A program made the translations under genes and the position numbers. A stretch of DNA of 29,492 nt from Psammoneis japonica (Eukaryota), in the NCBI GenBank assembly GCA_008632985.1, contig QPGO01000250.1, forward strand, positions 62,001 to 91,492, in the 5' to 3' direction. Each line of letters begins with the position of its first letter. The first letter of the stretch is position 1. The notes under the pieces are model-generated. The model was not told the DNA's origin and did no database searches. It was given only the letters and a program-made list of their open reading frames with translations. This document shows, one piece after another, positions 1 through 11,000 of the stretch.

Positions 1-3000
1 CCCAAAAAATTTGCCGCGGTTCCAGGCAAAATCAGCAGAAGGAAGGAGAGCAGACGGGGAGGTCACGGCGTGGAGAAAGGCAGAGCAGGAAGCAGCAGAG
101 TTGCAGAGGTCGGCAAAGGAAGACCAAGGAGGCTTGGGCAAGGACCAGGTGAAGGAAAGCGTGGAGCTGAAGAGAAAGCAACGACTGAAGCAGCTGAGGC
201 TGCCAAGGTGGTCAACGGCAAAAGAAAGGGCAAAGATGCCGCTGTTTTGTTGAGGGAGGCAACAGCGAGGAGCCCATCAGAAGAAGAGGTGGGAGGTCCA
301 AGGAACTTCAACCTCACACTCAAGTGGTGTGCCCAAGCTGAAACAGGGAAAAAGAGAGCAGCAGGCAGACCAGGAGGAGGCAGGGTGGAAAAGGAGCTTG
401 GGGGAGACGGCGACATCAACAGCAGTGCAGTGGCAGTGGGAGGGAGCCAAAAGAGAGAGGCAGGAGGCAGCACGGAAATGCTGATGTCAGCATGGCAAAG
501 AAGCAGGTGGCCAGAGCAAGGTTTGCAGCTTTAAGATGAATGTCTTCAGAAGAGCAACAGAGCTTGGCAAGAGGGCCCAATGTCAGGGACACAACGAAGA
601 GGGTGTCATGAAGGCTGTTGGAGAGGTTGGACTTGTGAGCACATTCACAAGAGAAAGCATGATTGCTGCAGGCATCAAGCACAATGTGGTCAACATGCTG
701 CATGGCAAAATCTTTTTGTGTTGAGTTTGTGTTTTCTTTTTTTGTGCCATTTGAGTGCTGACATGCTCCTGCCCTGGGCATGAGCTTGCAGCAGTGCTGG
801 CCTGTCACACAGCCATTTTTTGCCATCATTTGCATGCACATTTCTGCTGTGTGTGCTCTGCCAAGGAGTTGCTCCACACTCCCCATTTGCAAAGCTCAAG
901 AAATTTCATTTGGTGCACTTGCGGGAACAGCAGCACGCCAAGCACGCTCTTCAATGTTGGAAGAGAACACACCATGCTAAGCAAGAAACGATGCTCTTCA
1001 ATCATGGACAAGTTTGTGCATTTGCAAAATTGCCTCTTTTTCTGTTGGCAATCATTGATTTGTTCATCACCTGACAATTTTGCTGCAGAGCTCACACACA
1101 GAATTGGTCTGGAATGTGTCTGCTTGCCAAAGATGCCATCTGTGGCCCTGCTTTGTCACGGCTTTGTGGGTGCAGGGCTGATTGTCTCACATGATCAGCT
1201 GTTGCTTCTGCAATGATGGCATGTTTTTCACAGTGTTTGCACCACACCAGCACTCCAATCAAGAAGCCTTTCTCACTTGCTGCTCCCACTTGACAACCCT
1301 TTGTGGAAAGTTTTGTGAACAATGTTGGTGTGCTTGCAATGCTCTTGGCTTGCTTCTCAGGGACTTGGCTGGCTTGCAAACATGGCACGCCATTTTTCAC
1401 CATCACAATTTCTGGATGCACTCCAATCACAGGTGGGAATCCGCTCGACAGTGTGTTGGAACATCTGGGTGCAAGGTGGTTCTTTTGCTGCTGGCAGAAG
1501 GGCAGACAGACAATGTTGCAGTTTGTGACACACTGGCGATTGTTGTGATGCGGTGATTCTGCATTTTTGCAACTCTTGACAAGCTGCAGGTCATGTGCTC
1601 ACTTTTTAGCTTCTGCACCTGGTTGACACAAAAACAGCATCAAAAGCATCCGAAATGTGTTTGCAGGCCATGCAGTGAGTTGGGGATCAGCAAAGCCAAA
1701 CGCACGCTGGCCCGCAAGCTGTGCAAGTCCAACACAGCAGCTGAAAAGTCATGGCATGACACTCAAAGGAGTGGCATCATTCAAATGCAAAGATTCTGAG
1801 GGCCTTGCTGTGGGACAGCCACAAGGGCTGCCGAAGGAAGGCGCGGTGAGGTTGTGTCAAGCTGGGACAAAATGGGCAAGGATGCTGAGTGAGGAAGTGC
1901 AAAACAGATTCAAAGGAGCGGGTGCATGATGCCATTGCTGAGTCAGGGCGACAGGCAGATGGTTGCACAGAGACTGTGAGAAAGATGAGCAAGCATGTCA
2001 GAAAAATGTGGTGCAGGTGTCAGTGTCTCTGAAGCAGGAGAGCAAACAAGTGGAGCCAGAGCATCCATCAGGTGATGCCATGTTGGAGAAGGACAAGTCA
2101 ATCTGGGGGGGAAAAGATGTGACCACCATGTGAAGCAGGACATGATCCACAAGACACACGAGGCAAAGGCATTCAGCGCAATTGCAGGACAGTGTGTGAA
2201 GGCCATCCATCACAAGGTTGAAGGAGTGATGGAGTTTGTGAAGGCAACAAAGGAGCAAGGCATGGTGTTTCTGGCATTCTCAAGTTGATCTTGTTCAGCT
2301 CAAATGGGAGAATCTGCCCACACATTCAGGCAGTCAAGGCTTGGAAGCAGTTGGTGCTTGTTCATCAAGATGAGAGAGAGAGGTGTGGTTCAGGATCACC
2401 ACAGCTGGTTTGTGAGCATTGCAAGGTGGTGGAGAGGTCCTGCAGCAGAGTCTCCCCCTGAAGAAATTGACAAGAAAGAAAATGGGTTCAGCAAGGATGC
2501 TGATGACACCCAGAAGAAAGAAAGGAACAAGTTGTCAGTGGTGCTGCGCCAATGGAAGGCACCAAGGAACATTTGCACATCTTGAAAGACCTGCGCAGGC
2601 AGTTTGCATTGGGGGTCAACAACTGCCCCAACTCACCCAAGGAGGCATTGCAGGTGTTGGACATGTGTGGGGCCAACAAGATGCTGAGGGTGCAAGTTTT
2701 GTGCAAAGCAAGAAGAAGCAGCTCAAGTGCCAGAAATGCAACAAGGTTGGGCATGTGAAGAGAGATTGTCCTCTGCTCAACAATGACTGTGATGTCTCGT
2801 CAGTGGAGACAGAAGAAGCAAGCCATGAGAATTGGCAGATCAGTCAATGTGGCACTGGGTGGCGCATGGTTTCCAACTGTCATCCTCCTTGAAGCAGTGC
2901 ACATGAGGCCAGTCAATTGGTGGCTCATGTGAAGGAGTGTGCTCTTGGAATGTTCAGCCATGAGGTGGTTTTTGGAAGGACAGACAGAAAATGTTGAGTC

Positions 3001-6000
3001 ACTGGCACATCACCATCACTTTGAAATGACCAGTGAACAAGTTTTAGAAATGAGCAAGAAGTGAACGTTGCAATGGTGGAATTTTGCCAATCGCAGGTTG
3101 AGGTTGTGGGTTCAAATCTCTCCTCCACACTGCACTTGCATGACATGCCAGTGCACTGGAAAAAGACAACAACGCGTGCTGGCACATGGGGCACACCTGT
3201 TCTTTGTGTGCCAGGACGTGTCATCTTCTTGCACCTTTTGAGTGGCAGCAGCCTTTTTTGCCACAGGTTGAGCCATCATCTCAGAGATGTTTTGTCCCTC
3301 GATGTTGTCGTTGCTGTCCAAGACATCATGTCACCAATGCCGTGGCATGTTGCAACAGGCAAAATGGGGAGGTGGGAGCTTGCGCGTGGAGCGTGGGTGC
3401 AGCGCACCACTGGCAGCACTTGAGGCCATGAAATTTGCCAGGGGAGCTCAGAGCTGCCTCTGAAAGGCAACACAGTGAGTGTGCCATGACATGACACAAG
3501 TCCTTTGCCATTGTTTGTTCATTTTGGGAGCCAATTCCTGAAGGTTTCAATGTCCAGCAGGTCTGGAGAGAGGCAACGGATGAAATGTGAACTGGCCAGA
3601 TTGGCTGTTCTGCAATGCAGACATGCTGAGGAACCACCGCCCCCTCAGACGTTTCTGTGCTCATCAGCGCTGCAACAACAAAAATGCAGAAAGACATGTC
3701 CCTGGAGGGGTTGTTGTTGACTGAGTCAACTTCCAAAAAGAGAGGGGCAGATGACCTCTTGCTGGTGCACCCCCAAGCTTTTGCTGTTGCATTTTGGTCA
3801 AAGCAGCAAGGGTGAGCATGTTGTCAATGCTCTTCTTGCTGATGCCCTTTTCCCAAACTTCAGCATTGCTTGTGCAGCAAAACTGATTGGGTTGGAGAGA
3901 AAGCAGGAAGGGCTGTTGGTTTGCTTTTTGCAATGATCTGGTTTTCTTTTTTTTTTCCAATTGAAGAGATCCACAATGTGTCAAAGGGAGCATTGTTTGC
4001 AGGACCCTCCTTGTGGTCATCCATGCTTTGAAGAAGAACATGGAGTTTGTTGCAGTCAAGAGAAGTGCTTGTGGTGGTTTCTCATTGTTGCACTCACATG
4101 CAACAAAAACAGCTGTTTTACACACACAAAATTTTTGATGCCAATGATGCTGTGCAGGCCATGAAAGCATTTCCAGAGCATGGGACATTGCAGCAGTGTG
4201 GCTGTGTTGCACTTGGGTTTTTTCATGCCACAGAAACATGGGACATTTGGAGAAACTTGTGAAGGCAGTGCAACAAAAGCACAAGAAGTGGGTGAGGAAC
4301 ACTCCACTGCAACAGACAAGACAGTGCTTGCACCAATCAACCCCGCTGTGATTTTTGCCATGAAAAACCATGGTGACCACGTGTCAATCACAAAAGATTG
4401 CCGTCCAATTTCTCTTCAAATTGTTTGCTGCCAATGACTGAGAGCAAAGCAGGAAATCATCAAAAATGATGGAAGCAAGTTGCCTGGTCAGCTGAGGTGA
4501 TGAATGAGTCCATCCATGAGTGCTGCTTTTCTTAAGATTTGTCTTTTTCTTGTGCCTTCTTTTCAAAAAAGCAAAGGTGCAGAAATGATGACACAAGCAG
4601 TTTTCTCTGCTGAAAAAAAAAAGAGCTGACCTGCATTGCAGCACAGTGCTTTCAGCTCACTGCAATTGATGCCACAACTTTGCAGTCTTGGGAATGCACA
4701 CAATGCTGCACACAGAGGAAAGCAAATGAAGAACTCAAAGATTGTGGTTTGTTGCCAGGCCAAGTGGCTTTCATGTCACCCCATGTTGTTTTTCCCATTG
4801 TTTTCCCACAAGCAGCCACCTGGCCAGGTTGGGTCAACCCCACAAAAAATGAATGAAAAGAAAAAGAGAGGAAACAAGGAGCAAACATGCAGCCAAGATG
4901 TCAAATGTCTTTCAGAGCCATGTGTCCACACAGCAGCTCCCACTCCACTTGTTGTGTTTGGCCTCACTGTTTTCTGTGAGCCTCTTTCATGTTGAGAAAT
5001 GCCCCCCAGTGCTCCGGCATTTGTCGGAGCAGCTCGCTGAGTGCACACCAAGGAGGTGCTGGCCAGTTGGAGGCAAGTGCTGTGGCCCAACATTGTGCTC
5101 TTGCTGCGCCCTCCCCAGCACTGCCTCCGCTTGTTGTGCCCATGCAAGCTGAGCAGATGTTGAGTGAGCTGCCCCATTTCTGTGATCCTGCTGGTTCCAA
5201 GGAGCCACGTTGTGACAGAGCTTGACAATCAAGTGCCTTGCCCATCTCTGACCTGTTTGCATGGTCCCACCCACTGGCAACATGTGTCCAAGTTCAACTT
5301 TTATAGAGCAAAAGCCAGCAGGGGGCAGTGTTTTGTTTTTCCCTTTCTCAGCACATCAGCTCTCCCCTTGGCCAAGCACAGAATGTTGTTGTGGAGTGTG
5401 CAGAGGCATCAAAGCCAGCACCCACAGCAGAAGGGAGGTTTGACACCAAGCAAAGCTGAGGTGATGACAAAGAAGCACACTGCAACTTGATGAGCTCTTC
5501 CATTTTTGCACAGTTCCCAGTTTTTTGTCCTTTTCAAGCTCACCTCTTTGAAAAATAAATCTGCCATGGATGACACCCCACATCCTCCTGTGTCTGCTGC
5601 AAGAAATGCTTGCAGTGTGCAAACAATGGCTCATGTTCTGCTTGCATCACAATGTGCAAGCAAGAGAAGGGCAGAGCTGCACAGTTGAAACAATGACAAC
5701 AACAAGACCATTGCACAAGAAAAAAGACAAAATTGTTTTGCCAAGAGCAGCACACACCGCACACTCACAATGTTGTCAAATTGCAGCAAAAAATTGACAC
5801 TCCATTTCACAGCATTTTTCCAGAGAATTGTGCCATTTCCACTTGTTTCATGTGAAGCGGTCAACATTCTTGCAACACTGTTCATGCTTTCCATTGAAAA
5901 GTCTTTTCTGTGCTGCAGGAGCTGGGTGAGATTTGCAGTTGGATCTCCACACCCAGCATGACAAACTCCACTTTACAGCCCCATGAGCATGACCATCTTT

Positions 6001-7750
6001 CCTGCTGCTTGTCCACACTGGAGACAAGATTTTAAGCTGGTGCAGTCTTTGATCAGCTGTTTGGCTCATCTTGAGTGTGCACAAATTCTGGGATTGGCTC
6101 AAGTTGGCCACACAGGTTGGCTTGTGACAGGCTGGCCTGGCTGGCTGTGGGGAGTTGCCACCGCATCAATGTCCTCAAAGGTGGCTGCTCCAAGTGTGCA
6201 CTTGTTCTCAACATTGGTGCTGCATTGCCAGCACAGACTTGCAGCTCAAAAATTTCGCTTGCTTTGTTTGCCAAACACGCCATGGCCAATCATGTGGCAA
6301 CAAGGCTTTTGTTCAAACAAGACAGGTCATTGTTGCTGAGTTGACCTGCTCCACTTGCAAGCCAAAATGGCTGTGCTTGTCTTCTTTTTCTGAGCTGGGG
6401 GATGAGAGATGAGTTTGGACATTTTTGTTTCTTGCCAGCATTCAAAGCTCCAGCTTTGCCTGTGAAGTTGCTGCCAAATTGGGAGAAGGGTGTTGCAGCA
6501 TTGCCATGTCTCATCCCACTGTTGCACACAAAAGATGTGCTGAATGCAGAAATGGAGCACTTTGCTTTCCAGTGCATCACAGTTTTGGAAAAGGCATTGA
6601 AGGTTTCACCTTCAACAGCCTCATGGCCCAAGCAACTGCTGACAAAATGTTTTGTGGTGATTTTGCACAGCCAGCATGAGTTTGTTGCAGATGTGCTGAC
6701 ACTGGCCCAGCACCTTGCCCACTGCATGCCTTTTGCAGCTCTGCTCCCAGGGAGTCATCAGCCCTCAAAAAGGCCACACTCCATTGTGGTTTCCAGCTGA
6801 CACCAACTCCACCTGCAGCACAGAAGAACAGCAGCTGCAGGCCACAGAGAAATGAGTCACAATGCTTGTTGGCAACAAGTGGTCAGAAGGACCTTTCTGC
6901 TTTGTGCGGGCGCCAGGCACCCGGGTCATTGAGCTGTTCCATCCTTTGTCCTGACGGAGCTGTGGGTGGTTGACCCAAGCTTCAACAACATGCCACGGTG
7001 CTCAAAATCACACCAAGCTTGGAAATGTTTCATGTTCTGATTGCCAGCAGTTGGCCTTTGGTGACAGTTTGTCCACTGCAGAATGCAAAGCAGTGCACCA
7101 TGTGTTGAGCATCAAATTTTGCGGCTGCAATGAGACCCGCCGCCTGTTCTGCAACACCTGCAAAGACGGCTCTGTCCCATCCAATCTGGCAAAGGAGGTC
7201 ACATTTTGCAAAACCTGCTGCAACCATGCAGCTGATGCTTGTTTCACAGATCCAAGTGAAGACATGTGCAAAGCTGCGCAAGCAAGCTGTGGCAGACACT
7301 GCTGCACATGTGCGATGACATCTTGGCTGGACAGGATGCGTGCCAGACATGCTCTGTTGGCACAGCTGCTGCCAATTTGAGCCACACAGTTGGCATTGGC
7401 AGCTCGTCATTGACAGCAGAAACCCAGAGTTGGTGGGAAATGACCCTGATGCAGAATTTGCATGTGACAATGCATGGGCATTTGGCCCTGAATGTTGTGC
7501 ACGAATGGACCAGGCAACAAGCTGTCTGACTGGCACTCTGCTGCCCCGAGTCCAAATGGTGTTGCCACTTCAACTCCAACCAGCATTGCCAGTTGCCACT
7601 CCTGATCCAGCTCCTTTCTCCAGCACCAGAGAGGGTGCACTCAAGCAACAAGGGTCTCTTCCTCCAGTCCCTGTGAGACAAATGGGGCCCTTTTTTCACC
7701 CACTTCAGGTGTCACCAGCATCCTGGTCAGCAGAAACACATGTCTTGGCC
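1..7750. other. TpA-depleted (and CpG-depleted) hypermutated block of decayed repeat/TE-derived sequence
   Basis: About 11 TA dinucleotides counted by eye in 7750 bp (532, 978, 1607, 3045, 4119, 4533, 5302, 5304, 5556, 5974, 6033). TG and CA are very abundant and CG is scarce. ORFs in all frames almost lack Tyr and are Cys/His-rich. Confidence 0.92.
1960..2880 (+). mobile_element. Degenerate LTR-retrotransposon Gag relic (Ty1/Copia-type, diatom CoDi-like), no adjacent pol recognised
   Basis: CX2CX4HX4C zinc knuckle CQKCNKVGHVKRDC at 2728-2769. It is preceded, across a frameshift, by DLRRQFALGVNNCPNSPKEALQVL, which resembles the Copia Gag 'L.N.y..G...YP.t...A..lL' segment. Multiple frameshifts. 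Confidence 0.6.
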
Positions 7751-8022
7751 TAATCAATTTCTTCCTCTTGGGAAGCCTGGCTGGTCGTGTTCTGTAGTCG
7801 AAACACATTGTTTCTTGGAGACAAAGGACATCTTGGGACAGTGCCATTTTGTTTACATAAAGGTTATAGGGAATACATGTGTAAAAGTTCATTACATAAG
7901 TTCGATGTAACAGCTCCGTTTTTCGCTGTTTTCTTGAATTGATCTAGAAGATCAACTCAGGCATTTCTGAGGTGTACTCAATGAAGCTTGCCGGGAACAT
8001 CTAAACGGATCGTCTTCTACGT

Positions 8023-11000
8023 TCAGAGCGGGAGCAATTTGCTAAGCTCTTCTTCTAACTCTGGATTTTTGTCGCCATTGTCGATCTCTTGGAAAACTTG
8101 ATAAGCCTTTTTGAACGACTCTGCAGCCATGGACTCTCGACCCTCCAGTTTATGGATGTTTCCGTCCATCAACAGCACCTGGACCAACTCTTCGGTTTTC
8201 TCTTCTTCACTGTCATTTTGTATTCGGACAAATTCTTCCAGATAGCGTTGTGCTCTTCCATAGTTGCCACATTGAAATTCGGTAGCTCCTAAGTACTGAA
8301 CGACTTCTGCAACTCTCATGTCACTGTTTCCATACAAGAGTGTTCGTATGGACAGTGCTTCCTCGTACGCGTTCCTTCCCTCGTCATAGGCTTCATGATC
8401 ACTTCTTACACTTCCCAGGGCAATCAGGGCGTCTGCGACCTTTTCGTGCTCATCCCCGAATTCGTCTCTACGTATTCGTAAGCACTCTTCGTAGCACTCC
8501 GCTGCTAGCTCGTGTTCTTTCTTCGATTCGTGTGCGTTACCGATGTTTTTAAGAATGTCTGCAACTTTGCGAACATCATTGTGGAGTTTCCGGATTTTTA
8601 GTGCCTCCCACAGTAAGGAAAGCGCTCCGTCGATCTCCCCCATTTTCGCTTTTAAGCATCCCATCATGTTTAATACTTCAGCTGCCTCCCTCGACTCTTC
8701 CCCGCATCGATTCCTTCTAATCTTTAATGCGTCATCAAAACACCGCAGCGCTTCGTCTGTTTTCTCTTGGTGATGAAAAGTGAAAGCCATGCTGTAAAGA
8801 GTTGTAGCTACATCTTCATGATCATCACCCAAGTGATTCTTTCGTATTTGCAGCGCTTCTTCGAAACAACGCATCGCCTCGTCATGGTTCTCCATTTCAT
8901 CTTCCAAGTCTCCTAGTTCTTGCAAGACATTTCCTACTAGCTCATGACTGTCCCCGTGAATTGACCTTCTTATTCTCAATGTCTCTTTGAAGGAGCTTAT
9001 GGAGAGCGCTGTATCTCCTGCAATGTCCGAAAGCAACCCGATCTTTTCGTGCGTGAGTGCTACCTTTTCACTGCCGGGCAAGAGTTCAACGCGAATCTTC
9101 AGAGAAGCTTCTAGGAATTCTAGGGCCTTCTTGAGACGATTACAAGTTTGGTGTATGAAGGCGATGTTGAACAAAGTCGATGCCACTTCTAACTGAACGA
9201 ATCCAAGAGTCTTATCTCGAGCAGCGAGACTCTGCTCAAAGTAATCCATCGCCTTGTCGTAGTCGCCAGTCACAAGGGATACGCACCCAATAAGATGTAA
9301 AAGAGCTGCAATCTTTTCTTTCTTGTGTGGTACGCGAGTTTGGAGAATGACGAGGCTTTTTTCATAGCTTGCTAGCGCATCTTCGTGTCGCCCTTGAATA
9401 TTATAGAGAACACCCTCAATTGATAAAGCTTCGGCTTCTTGTTCGTCATCATTTGACCGTCTCTGCCTAAGTAACCAGATTGCCTTGTCGAACTGCTCAA
9501 TGGCATCCTCTGTTTGGTTCAGATCTGACAAGCAATTCCCAATGTGCTGATGAGTAGCCGCAAGTTCCGGATGATCTTCTCCCAGTTCCACCTTTTTGGA
9601 GTGCAACGCATCTTGATAGCACTGGAGAGCATTTTCTATCTGGCCCTTACTATAATGGATGTTGCCCATGTTTCCAAGAGTGTCACCTATATCGATGCGG
9701 TAGAAATTTTCAGCGGCATACATAACGTCAAGCGCAAAAGTATAGCACTCCATGGCCTCTTCAAAGTCACTAATGGCCAAGAATACGTCACCAATCTTTT
9801 GAACCGTAAGGGCGAAAAGTATATGATGGTCCCCATGGATAGCGCCTCTAATGCGAAGACAGCGCTTTAGAAAGGACATGGCCTTTTTGTGTTTGTGAAT
9901 CTCCGCATAAGCTACTCCAATGTTGAAAAGAACCGCGGCGACGAACTCTTCTACTCCCAATGATGAGACCAACATCTCCTCGCTTGTTTCCCAGTGACTA
10001 ATAGCTGCATCCCAGCACCTCTTTTCGGCAAGCGACAGTCCAATTTCATAGTGCGCAGTACCAGTCTCCACGAAAGAAACCGGATCATCGTCTTCACCAG
10101 AACTGTCGCTGTCATCGACCGTCAAGAGGTTGCCCAGCAGCTTGTAGCCTTCAATCATAAATGCCTGAGATCGCTTCTCTTTCTCGCCGTCTGCATCATT
10201 TTCATCTTTAGCAAGCAATTCGTAAAGAGCTTCGCAGTCCGTAATGTGCTGCCGTGTGGCATTCTTTCGTCCCATGCATTCAACCCGTGCCCGAACAAAT
10301 TCCACGTCGTGCATCAATTGACAAGCCTCTTGGCTCATTCCCGCCCGTATCATGTGTGAAATAATCATTTCCGACATGTAGAATCTGGTCGATTCTTCCG
10401 TTCCCCAACCCGAAGAGTTTTTCAAGTGGCTGGTGACGAGCTCCTTGTTCCATTTGCGTTCGCCGTCTATGCAAAGCTCTTGCAAATCCGGATCCTCCGT
10501 CGCAAGAAAATCCCCATATTCTTGAAAGAAACGATGCATAATTTGCAACAACGCAGTTGCGTCTGCGTCCTCACTGCTATCGTCCGACCAACTCATATCG
10601 GAAGCGCTATCAAACAGTGGCGTATTCGCGTTCTCTACATGAATCACCTTGACCACACCCAACGCCGCCAGAGCCTCAGGTATCAAAATCGTAGCATCGC
10701 GTAGCTGCGAGAAGAACTCAGGTCCATCCTGGGACAGTCTTTGCTCTTCCAGTTTGAGTGCGGCAGCAAGTAGCATGTCGACTAGCGCCATTGGGATTTT
10801 GGGTTGTACTTCGGCAGGCGAAAAGAGCGAATGGTGCTCCTCCTTGAAAAACACCATTACCAGGGCAGCAAAGCAATACTTGATGACACGAGTTGGTTTG
10901 CCACTGACTTCTGGCGAAAAAGCCATGTTGAGAATTTCGTACATTGCATCACAACGTTCGTCCCCACCGCTCCCAGTACTCTTTGTCGTATTACCAAGAC

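Noticed and set aside
1..7750. Classical RIP or simple CpG methylation decay as the explanation
   Set aside because: RIP raises TpA, and CpG decay does not remove TpA. Block 3 also loses TA while keeping CG.
11..7753. Dozens of overlapping Cys/His-rich ORFs, some resembling zinc-finger or metallothionein-like proteins (e.g. 6970-7380)
   Set aside because: Explained by loss of TAA/TAG and Tyr codons and excess TG/CA in all six frames. No recognisable family except the Gag knuckle.
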